From assembly GCA_964408385.1 (NCBI GenBank), contig CAYOZF010000001.1:6003-45347 (forward strand): 39,345 nt of DNA, in the 5' to 3' direction. Under the pieces are notes generated by a model, which did no database searches, was not told where the DNA came from, and saw only the letters and a list, made by a program, of their open reading frames with translations. Below are positions 32,208 to 39,345 of this stretch, piece by piece; positions within the stretch are counted from its first letter, which is position 1; each line of letters opens with the position of its first letter. Source of the DNA: an uncultured Candidatus Saccharibacteria bacterium. Its GTDB lineage: Bacteria > Patescibacteriota > Minisyncoccia > Minisyncoccales > GWA2-38-27. A program made the translations under genes and the position numbers.

Positions 32208-32235
32208 AAAAAACTAGGTTTTAGCCTAGTTTTTT
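32208..32235. terminator. Bidirectional hairpin terminator (tRNA/topA on the plus strand, folD on the minus strand)
   Basis: AACTAGG (32212-32218) pairs with CCTAGTT (32225-32231). An A-run precedes and a T-run follows. It overlaps the folD stop. Confidence 0.6.
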
Positions 32236-32963
32236 AATTGAGAAAGATTCTTTAAAAGACAGGCAATAGTCATTGGCCCGGTTCCTCCAATAGGAGGAGT
32301 AATATATGAGGCTTTTAATTTTACTCTTTCAAAGTCGACATCAGGACCAAAATCAATTATAACAGCTCCTTCTTTAATATCTTTAATAATATTCTTCTCC
32401 CCTGCTCCAGAAATAATAACATCAGCTTCTAAAAGATGCTTGCTAATGTCCTCTGTAGACTGGTCAACTATCTGGAATTCCAATCCCTGGCTTTCCAGCC
32501 ATTGAGCAATGGGCTTTCCAACCAGTCTTCCTTTTCCAACCACAAGCATATTCTTCCCTTCCAGAGAAATATCATATTCTTTTAAAAACTCTTCTACCAC
32601 GCAGACAATAGGAGATTTATTAGAAGAAACAAAACCTTCAACATCTTTATCAGCCGGAATCAGATCTAAAACCCTCTGAACATCTAATTGTTTAGGCAAA
32701 GGCAGTTGAATAAGAATTCCTGTATTATCCTGTTTAGCAATATCTTTTATTTGCTTCTCTAATTCTTCTTGTTTAATATCTGAAGAAAAACTAAATAACT
32801 GAAAATATATCCCATATTTTTCACAGGCTTGTCTTTTTTTAGAAACATATAGTTTAGAGCTTGGGTCATCCCCTACCAAAACAACGGCTAATTTCAGCCG
32901 CTTTTCTTTTATTTCAAGACTATTCAAAATCTTATTAGCTAATTTTTTACCATCTAAAATCAT
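32226..32963 (-). CDS. folD: Methylene-THF dehydrogenase/methenyl-THF cyclohydrolase (short form)
   Basis: ILDGKKLANKI, YVSKKRQACEKYGI, VVGKGRLVGKPIAQWL, PPIGGTGPMTIACLL. 245 aa. Confidence 0.85.
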   Translation of the reverse strand: MILDGKKLANKILNSLEIKEKRLKLAVVLVGDDPSSKLYVSKKRQACEKYGIYFQLFSFSSDIKQEELEKQIKDIAKQDNTGILIQLPLPKQLDVQRVLDLIPADKDVEGFVSSNKSPIVCVVEEFLKEYDISLEGKNMLVVGKGRLVGKPIAQWLESQGLEFQIVDQSTEDISKHLLEADVIISGAGEKNIIKDIKEGAVIIDFGPDVDFERVKLKASYITPPIGGTGPMTIACLLKNLSQLKN

Positions 32964-32975
32964 AGGTTTTTAAAA

Positions 32976-33065
32976 TTAAATAATGTGCTTTTTGAAAACT
33001 TGGAGGGTTGGGTGGGTTTGAATCCTGCTAAAAGCAGGATTGTTTGAAAAAAGCACATTATTTAA
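32976..33065 (-). promoter_or_regulatory. Large nested hairpin between glyA and folD
   Basis: 24-nt arms (32976-32999 / 33042-33065) with 22 of 24 positions complementary. They enclose an 8-bp hairpin AATCCTGC/GCAGGATT (33021-33041). On the mRNA it is followed by TTTT, then 8 nt, then the folD ATG. Confidence 0.55.
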
Positions 33066-33069
33066 TTTT

Positions 33070-34293
33070 TCAGGGTAAAGGAAACCCTTTGCAAAGTTTC
33101 TTAATTTCCTTTCTAACTCTTGAACAATTCTTCTCATCATTTATTACATCATTTATCCAGGAAGCTATTATTTTCATTTCTTTTTCCTTCATTCCTCTGG
33201 TAGTAATAGCTGGGGTTCCCATTCTTAAGCCAGAAGGCTTAAAAGGAGGATTGGGATCAAAAGGAATGCTGTTCTTGTTCACAGTAATGCCGGCTTTTTC
33301 CAGTCTGTCCTGGGCTTCTGGACCCAAAACTCCTTTATTCCTTAAATCTATTAATATTAAATGATTGTCTGTCCCATTGGTAATTAGCTTAAAACCATAT
33401 TTCATTAATTCTGAAGCCAGAGCTTTGGCATTTTTAACTATCTGGGCTCCGTATTTCTTAAAACCAGGAGTAGCAGCTTCTTTTAAGCAGACAGCAATAG
33501 CCGCAATGCTGTTTTCATGAGGTCCTCCTTGCAAGCCAGGGAAAATAGCCTTGTCTATTTTCTTGGGTAAGTCAGGGTCTTTTCTCAAGCCCTTCTTGGT
33601 TACCAATATCATTGCTCCCCTTGGCCCTCTTAATGTTTTATGAGTTGTAGTAGTAACAATATGGACATAAGGAACAGGACTGGGATGAACTCCAGCTACA
33701 ACCAAACCAGCAATGTGGGCAATATCAGCAGCTAGATAAGCATCCTGGCTAATCTGGGACAATTTCTTCCAATTGAATATCCTGGGATAAGCAGTTGCTC
33801 CTACCCAGATAAGCTTGGGTTTGGTCTTCTTAATCAGCTTAGCCATTTTGTCATAATCAAGAAGATTAGTCTTTTTATCAACCTCATACTGGACTGAATT
33901 ATAGTACTTGGCAGAGAAGTTAACTTTCCAGCCGTGGGTTAAATGCCCGCCATGAGGAAGAGACATGCCCATTGCTGTGTCTCCAGGATTAAGAACAGCA
34001 AAATAAACAGCTTGGTTGGCTGGAGAGCCGGAATAAGGCTGAACATTAGCATGAACTACTTTAAATAATTTCTTAGCCCTTTCCCGACAGATATTCTCTA
34101 TCTGGTCATAATATTCCAAGCCAGCATAATACCTCTTGCCTGGATAGCCCTCAGCATACTTATCAGTTAAAAGAGAACCTAAAGCTTCTCTAACATCAGG
34201 AGAGGTATGATTTTCAGAAGGAATCATTTCTAACGAAGTTTTTTGTCTTTCTATTTCCTTTTTGATTAAGTTTTTAATCTGGGAATCCTTCAT
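33070..34293 (-). CDS. glyA: Serine hydroxymethyltransferase
   Basis: PLP region TTTTHKTLRGPRGAMI, SENHTSPDV, GYPGKRYYAG. 407 aa. ATGA overlap with the upstream gene. Confidence 0.92.
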   Translation of the reverse strand: MKDSQIKNLIKKEIERQKTSLEMIPSENHTSPDVREALGSLLTDKYAEGYPGKRYYAGLEYYDQIENICRERAKKLFKVVHANVQPYSGSPANQAVYFAVLNPGDTAMGMSLPHGGHLTHGWKVNFSAKYYNSVQYEVDKKTNLLDYDKMAKLIKKTKPKLIWVGATAYPRIFNWKKLSQISQDAYLAADIAHIAGLVVAGVHPSPVPYVHIVTTTTHKTLRGPRGAMILVTKKGLRKDPDLPKKIDKAIFPGLQGGPHENSIAAIAVCLKEAATPGFKKYGAQIVKNAKALASELMKYGFKLITNGTDNHLILIDLRNKGVLGPEAQDRLEKAGITVNKNSIPFDPNPPFKPSGLRMGTPAITTRGMKEKEMKIIASWINDVINDEKNCSRVRKEIKKLCKGFPLP

Positions 34294-35660
34294 GGTCTTA
34301 ATATTTCAGGTTTCTTCTTAGTTAAATCAATTATAATAGAAGAAGAGCTTGGAGAAAGGTTATTGGCATTTAATACCAAATCGGGCTTGTAATCACTATT
34401 CTCAAACTGGTCAAGAACCTCATTGATTTTAATGGTGGATCCCCGACCAGAGATATTAGCTGAAGTTCCTGTTAAAGGTTTATTAAACTTAGAAAGAATA
34501 TCATTAATCAGCTTGTAGTCAGGTATTCTCAAGGCAATAGTGTTTTTATTGCAAAAAAGCTCATCTACCAAACCAGGCCTCTTTTTCCTTTTCAGAATTA
34601 CAGTTATCTTGCCAGGCCAAACCTCTTTTAAAAAACGCTCCTGTTTTTCATCTATCACAGCTATTTTTTTAGCCATTTCAATGTCTTTGACAAAAATAGG
34701 GATTGGCTTGCTCTTATCCCTGGCTTTAATCTTGAATATCTTCTCTACTGCTTTTTTATTGCCAGGATCAGCTAAAAGTCCGTAAACAGTATCAGTGGGA
34801 GCAACTACAACCTGTCCTCTTTCCAAAAACTCTATTGTTTTTTTAACCACGTCCTTAGCCCGGTAAGAAATAATATGAAAATGCCTGTTTTTCCAAAAGA
34901 GCTTTTTAAACTTGTTAAAAGACTTTAAAAAGTAGGACACTTTTATTATATCAGCTGGGTTTCCGAAATCCAGCCAAAAGTCCCTTATTCTCTGAATCTT
35001 GACCTTCTTTTCCTTGGCTAAAAGACTAATAGCATCAGTGATTTCGTATTCTCCCCGAGGAGACTTTCTAATCATCTTAATCTTTTGAAAGATATCAGAA
35101 TTAAACTTGTAAAGTCCAGTATTAACTATATTGCCAACATATTTCTTAGGCTTCTCAAGAATCTTCTTTAACAAACCATTCTCTTCTATAAAAACTCCGT
35201 ATTTTTCAGGATTCTTGCGATAAATTCCAGCTACATAGCTGTATTTTCCATTCTTATTCATTGCCTTCAAATCCCTAACAGAATAAAGGTTATCTCCGCA
35301 CAAGTAAACAAATGGGCTCTTTTTAACAATATCTTTAACACAGATTAAGGGACAAGCAGTGCCGTATTTCTTTTCCTTGGGACCTAGAATATCATACTGG
35401 CTGACTACTATTATTTTATACTGATTAAGCCTTAAGCTTTTTAAAGGCGGTTTGTATTCTTCTAAAAACTCTTCTATCAACTCTTCTTTATACCCTACTA
35501 CTAAGATTAACTCCCTATAACCAGCTAAAAATATATTATCCAGCAGATAAGCTAAAAAGGGTCTTTTCTTAACCCTGATAAGATGCTTTGATTTATTTGT
35601 AGTCAGATGCAGCATCCGGGTTCCTTCCCCAGCCGCAGCAATGACAACTTTTTTAGTCAT
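34290..35660 (-). CDS. Fusion protein: N-terminal sugar-phosphate nucleotidyltransferase domain plus C-terminal TsaC/YrdC (threonylcarbamoyl-AMP synthase) domain
   Basis: N-terminus: VVIAAAGEGTRMLHLTTNKSKHLIRV (GxGTR...K NTP-transferase signature) through about aa 245. C-terminus: VVVAPTDTVYGLLADPGNKKAVEKIFKIKARDKSKPIPIFV and TGTSANISG (YrdC signature). Confidence 0.75.
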   Translation of the reverse strand: MTKKVVIAAAGEGTRMLHLTTNKSKHLIRVKKRPFLAYLLDNIFLAGYRELILVVGYKEELIEEFLEEYKPPLKSLRLNQYKIIVVSQYDILGPKEKKYGTACPLICVKDIVKKSPFVYLCGDNLYSVRDLKAMNKNGKYSYVAGIYRKNPEKYGVFIEENGLLKKILEKPKKYVGNIVNTGLYKFNSDIFQKIKMIRKSPRGEYEITDAISLLAKEKKVKIQRIRDFWLDFGNPADIIKVSYFLKSFNKFKKLFWKNRHFHIISYRAKDVVKKTIEFLERGQVVVAPTDTVYGLLADPGNKKAVEKIFKIKARDKSKPIPIFVKDIEMAKKIAVIDEKQERFLKEVWPGKITVILKRKKRPGLVDELFCNKNTIALRIPDYKLINDILSKFNKPLTGTSANISGRGSTIKINEVLDQFENSDYKPDLVLNANNLSPSSSSIIIDLTKKKPEILRP

Positions 35661-36237
35661 GTTTTGAATCTCTCTGAGCCAGTTTAAAGGCTTTTAGGTT
35701 CATGTCAAGATAAGCTCTAGGAATAATCCTGTTAATAGCTTTAGAAATAGAGCTTGGTTTCAAAGGAAGCAGTTTCTTAAAACTGGCATAGCTGACTAAA
35801 TAAACACCGCTTAAAACCTCTTTGCCCAGCTCTTTTCTGCAGGTTTCAGCAGCAGAAATAATATATTTCTTCCCTTTTACTAATTTATTTAGCTTCTTTT
35901 CAATCTCTTTTTCTGAAAGAGTGCCGATAAAAGGCAGAGAATAGCAGTTAATCAGAAAAGCAGTCTTGGAATTAGCATAAGATAGGGTTCTTAAAGCTTC
36001 CAGATTTTCTAGGCTGATAACCAAATCAGCTGAGCCCAAAGCAACTAAAGGAGAATAGATTTTCTTACCTATTCTTATATGAGTGTTAATGCTTCCTCCT
36101 CTTTGGGACAAGCCGTGAAGCTCAGTAGTCTTAATATCATAACCCTGAATAATAGCTGCTTCAGCAATAATCTGGAGCAGAGTGATTAATCCCTGGCCAC
36201 CTGTTCCAGCCACAATAATATTAAATGTCTTTTTCAT
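35653..36237 (-). CDS. iorB: 2-oxoacid/indolepyruvate:ferredoxin oxidoreductase, small (IorB/gamma-like) subunit
   Basis: NIIVAGTGGQGLITLLQIIAEAA. I place the start at MKKTFN (36237), which forms an ATGA overlap with the iorA stop. The track start is 36267. Confidence 0.7.
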   Translation of the reverse strand: MKKTFNIIVAGTGGQGLITLLQIIAEAAIIQGYDIKTTELHGLSQRGGSINTHIRIGKKIYSPLVALGSADLVISLENLEALRTLSYANSKTAFLINCYSLPFIGTLSEKEIEKKLNKLVKGKKYIISAAETCRKELGKEVLSGVYLVSYASFKKLLPLKPSSISKAINRIIPRAYLDMNLKAFKLAQRDSKHD

Positions 36238-37853
36238 AATTTCTTGCGCTTCATTCTCCTTGCCCATAAGGCGCAGATTCTTTTAGCGACAATTACAGAA
36301 ACTTCTTTTTTATTTAAAAAGCTTTTGAGAACAGACTTAAACTCATTGATATTTTCAGGATCAATAACCCTTACATGCTTAACCCCGCAGGCTTTAACAA
36401 TATCTTCTATTTTAAGGTCTGTAGTATCTTCTCCCATTCCTGTTCTACCCATGCCTGGATTAGGCTGATGACCGGTCATAGCAGTAATCCTGTTATCCAT
36501 AATAATAATCAAAGGATTAGATTTGTTGTAAACAGTATTGATAATAGCTGGAATGCCGGCATGGAAAAAACTGGAATCCCCCATAAAGGTTATCAGCTTC
36601 TGCTTGTCTTTCACTGCTTTCTTAATTCCATGAGCTACGCCAATTGAAGAACCCATACAAAGAAGATAATCCTGCATTTGATGAGGAGGAAAACCAGCCA
36701 GCATATAACAGCCAATTCCTCCACCGAATATAGTGCCTTTAGGAGCCACTTCCTTAACAGCAGAAAATACAAACCAGTAAGGGCATTCTGGGCATAATCT
36801 GGGAAAACGCTTGGGCAGGTCCAAACTAACACTTTTAGAAACCTTATACTTCTTATTAGCAAACTTCCCAATAGCCAATCCAACTATATCCACATTAAAC
36901 TCTCTACTAATAGGAAGTAAATCCTTGCCATAGACCTTCAGCTTAGGATTAACATCTTTAGCCAGAGCATTTACTTCTTTTTCCAAATAGCCTTCTAATT
37001 CCTCTACAATCAATACTTTTTTAAGATTCTTAATAAAAGATTTTATCTTTTTCTCAGGCAGAGGATAAAAAAATCCCAGCTTTAAAACCGGAATATTCAG
37101 CTTTTCTAAAACCTCTTTTACATATAAATAGGAAACTCCTGATGTTATAATCCCTATACTCCCCTTTCCTTCTATCTTATTAATTGAAGAATCTTGATAA
37201 GCCTTTTTAATCTTTTCTATTTTACCAAGTAATTCATCTTTCATTTCTAAAACCCTAGGAGGCATAGTAACAAATTTCTTAACATCTTTGACAAATAGAG
37301 CTTTAGGCCTAGCTTTTTTAACAAGACCTATAGAAACAGGCATTCTCTGGTGGGCCACCCTAGTGGTTGTTCTTAAAACAACTGGAATATTAAACTTCTC
37401 TGAAATCTGAAAGCCTAACTTAACAAAATCCTTAGCTTCCTGAGCATCAGAAGGCTCTAGCATAGGAATATGACCGAGATAAGCAAAGCCCCTGGAATTC
37501 TGTTCTGTCTGGCCAGAACTCCAGCAAGAAGGATCATCAGCTATTACTATAACAGTAGGTCCTTTTGTTCCGGTATAAACAAAAGGCAGTAAGGCATCTA
37601 AAGCCACATTGGCTCCGAAGTGCTTCATGGCTACCAAACACTTCAAACCAGCATAGCTTGCTCCAATGCTGGCTTCCAAAGCTGTCTTCTCGTTAGGAGA
37701 AAACTCAAAGTAAACATTATGCTTCTTAGCAATCTCTCCAAAGATATTCCCTATTTCAGAGGAAGGAGTGCCGGGATAAGCAGAAACAAACTCTACTCCT
37801 GCTTCCAGAGCTCCCTGAACTATTGCTTCATTGCCTAATAAGACTTTTTTCAT
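36234..37853 (-). CDS. iorA: Indolepyruvate:ferredoxin oxidoreductase alpha-like subunit (TPP-binding), without a C-terminal ferredoxin domain
   Basis: LLGNEAIVQGALEAGVEFVSAYPGTPSSEI, CPECPY, GDSSFFHAGIPAIINTVYN (TPP motif). 539 aa, ending at VIVAKRICALWARRMKRKKL. Confidence 0.75.
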   Translation of the reverse strand: MKKVLLGNEAIVQGALEAGVEFVSAYPGTPSSEIGNIFGEIAKKHNVYFEFSPNEKTALEASIGASYAGLKCLVAMKHFGANVALDALLPFVYTGTKGPTVIVIADDPSCWSSGQTEQNSRGFAYLGHIPMLEPSDAQEAKDFVKLGFQISEKFNIPVVLRTTTRVAHQRMPVSIGLVKKARPKALFVKDVKKFVTMPPRVLEMKDELLGKIEKIKKAYQDSSINKIEGKGSIGIITSGVSYLYVKEVLEKLNIPVLKLGFFYPLPEKKIKSFIKNLKKVLIVEELEGYLEKEVNALAKDVNPKLKVYGKDLLPISREFNVDIVGLAIGKFANKKYKVSKSVSLDLPKRFPRLCPECPYWFVFSAVKEVAPKGTIFGGGIGCYMLAGFPPHQMQDYLLCMGSSIGVAHGIKKAVKDKQKLITFMGDSSFFHAGIPAIINTVYNKSNPLIIIMDNRITAMTGHQPNPGMGRTGMGEDTTDLKIEDIVKACGVKHVRVIDPENINEFKSVLKSFLNKKEVSVIVAKRICALWARRMKRKKL

Positions 37854-39345
37854 AAAACAAAATTAATTAACTTTCCTTTTATAAATATTGTTTTCTTAAT
37901 CTTCTCTTTTCCTATCCATTTTACCACCTTACTGCTTGCTAAAGCAATCTTCTTGGCTTGAGCTTCAGATATATTACTTTCAACCTCTATTTTGTCTCTA
38001 ACTCTGCCGTTAATCTGGACTATTAGATTAACCTTTTTCTCTTTAATTAATTTCTTATCGTACTTAGGCCATTTCTGTTCAGAACATAATCCTTTAAACC
38101 CAGCTTGTCCGCCGAAGCTTAAAGAGCGTAGGCGGGCTCTCTGCCAAAGCTCTTCTGCTAAATGAGAAGCAAAGGGAAATAATAATATCAAAAGAGTAGA
38201 ATAAGTCTCTTTAGAAACCTCTTTATCTATTTTATTAACCAGAATCATCAAAAAGGAAAGAGCAGTATTAAACTTTAACTCTTCAATATCCTCCCCTACT
38301 TTCTTAATTGTCTGGTTAATCAAACTATCTGAAACATTATCCTTATCGCTTATCTTGTCCTGAAGCTTCCAGACCTTTTCCAAGAACCTTTTTGCTCCTT
38401 TTAAGCCTTTGGTGTCCCAGGGAATAGCCTGTTCAAAAGGGCCTATAAACATTTCATAAACCCTTAGAGTGTCTGTTCCTTCTTCTTTAACAACCTTGTC
38501 TGGATTTATAACATTGCCTTTTGATTTAGACATCTTTACTCCTCCTGGGCCAAGAATAACCCCGTGGGATGTTCTCTTTTTATAGGGCTCTATAAAACTC
38601 TTAGGCACTGCTTTAATATCCCACAAGAACTTATAAATAAACCTAGAATAAAGCAAGTGAAGAGTAGTATGCTCCATTCCTCCGTTATACCAGTCAACAG
38701 GCATCCAATACTCCAGCTTCTTAGAATCAGCTAGTTTCTTATCATTCTGAGGATCGCAATATCTTAAATAATACCAGTTAGAACCAGCCCAGTTAGGCAT
38801 AACATCTGTTTCTCTCTGGGCAGGACCTTTGCACTTAGGACACTTAACATTAAGCCAGTCCTTGGCTTTGGCTAAAGGAGATTCTCCTTTCTCGCTGGGC
38901 TTATAGCCTTTAACATTGGGAAGATCTACTGGCAGATCCTTTTCTAAAACAGGCTGCCACCCGCACTTAGGACAATTAATCATTGGAATAGGCTCTCCCC
39001 AGTATCTCTGCCTGGAAAAGACCCAGTCCCTGAGCTTATAATGAACCTTTTTCTCAGCCAAAGCTCTATTATTTAACCATTCTGTCATTCTTTCTCTGGC
39101 TTCTTCTGATTTCATCCCGCTGAAACGACTGGAATTAATCAAAAGACCTTCCTCTTCAAAAGCTTTTTTAAACCTTCCGTTGGAAAGAACCAAACTCGGC
39201 TCTTTTTTCTTATTATGAGGAACAATAACTTCCAGCATTGGAAGATTATACTTTCTGCTGAAGTCAAAATCACGCTGGTCATGGCAGGGAACAGACATTA
39301 TTGCTCCTGTACCGTAATGCATTAAAACATAATCAGCTACGAAAA
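37850..39345 (-). CDS. leuS: Leucyl-tRNA synthetase, C-terminal about 498 aa (N-terminus beyond the right window edge)
   Basis: The frame is open to the window edge (..FVADYVLMHYGTGAIMSVPCHDQRDF..). KMSKSKGN motif. Zn-like CPKCGW / CPKCKG segment. ATGA overlap with iorA. Confidence 0.9.
   Translation of the reverse strand, partial: FVADYVLMHYGTGAIMSVPCHDQRDFDFSRKYNLPMLEVIVPHNKKKEPSLVLSNGRFKKAFEEEGLLINSSRFSGMKSEEARERMTEWLNNRALAEKKVHYKLRDWVFSRQRYWGEPIPMINCPKCGWQPVLEKDLPVDLPNVKGYKPSEKGESPLAKAKDWLNVKCPKCKGPAQRETDVMPNWAGSNWYYLRYCDPQNDKKLADSKKLEYWMPVDWYNGGMEHTTLHLLYSRFIYKFLWDIKAVPKSFIEPYKKRTSHGVILGPGGVKMSKSKGNVINPDKVVKEEGTDTLRVYEMFIGPFEQAIPWDTKGLKGAKRFLEKVWKLQDKISDKDNVSDSLINQTIKKVGEDIEELKFNTALSFLMILVNKIDKEVSKETYSTLLILLFPFASHLAEELWQRARLRSLSFGGQAGFKGLCSEQKWPKYDKKLIKEKKVNLIVQINGRVRDKIEVESNISEAQAKKIALASSKVVKWIGKEKIKKTIFIKGKLINFVL

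Noticed and set aside
20824-37853. Possibility of an alternative genetic code with TGA as a sense codon (as in some uncultivated lineages).
   Set aside because: TGA terminates nrdD, glyA, iorA, leuS, the NTP-transferase::TsaC fusion gene and the 681-aa gene exactly where family homology ends. It also forms ATGA stop-start overlaps. The long ORFs contain no in-frame TGA, so the standard bacterial code applies.

Overview
AT-rich, very gene-dense window. 37 of 40 protein genes are on the minus strand, and many are linked by ATGA or other short overlaps. TGA is clearly used as a stop codon, so this is code 11.

The left quarter (1-9060) looks accessory. It holds:
- a cluster of anchored or secreted proteins: two lamin-tail-domain (LTD) proteins and a 681-aa protein with an internal duplication and a Cys-rich module;
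- a 660-bp gene-free gap containing two small promoter-to-terminator units;
- a two-gene cassette (7-TM PQ-loop-like protein plus NUDIX hydrolase) bracketed by a 58-bp perfect direct repeat.

The rest is housekeeping, listed left to right:
- degenerate HtrA paralog, clpB, Cys-rich DnaJ-type zinc-finger miniprotein, htrA;
- an envelope glycosylation cluster (GT2, clan GH-A-like hydrolase, DMT transporter, GT-B);
- comEC, nrdDG, ftsAZ, ybeY-yqeY-rpsU-HIT, hisS, lepB, pth, a FabZ-like hotdog protein, topA, tRNA-Leu(CAA), folD, glyA;
- a nucleotidyltransferase::TsaC fusion, iorAB, and partial leuS.

The gene content (anaerobic NrdDG, IorAB, ComEC without a beta-lactamase domain, LTD surface proteins, extreme compaction) fits a reduced-genome uncultivated anaerobe such as Patescibacteria/CPR. 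This is inference only.

I see no CRISPR array, integrase, transposase or recognisable defence system.

Best leads:
1. A recurring palindromic motif with covarying arms (TAAAGCAAGCTTTA fused to a -10-like TAGAAA) directly upstream of at least five housekeeping genes.
2. The 58-bp repeat or hairpin element that abuts two promoters.
3. The two small transcription units in the 2642-3304 gap.
4. The NTP-transferase::TsaC fusion.
5. A proteostasis locus with a zinc-finger miniprotein, an attenuator-like leader and a catalytically degenerate HtrA coupled to ClpB.
6. Widespread leaderless-type promoter geometry, contrasted with a few long, highly structured leaders.
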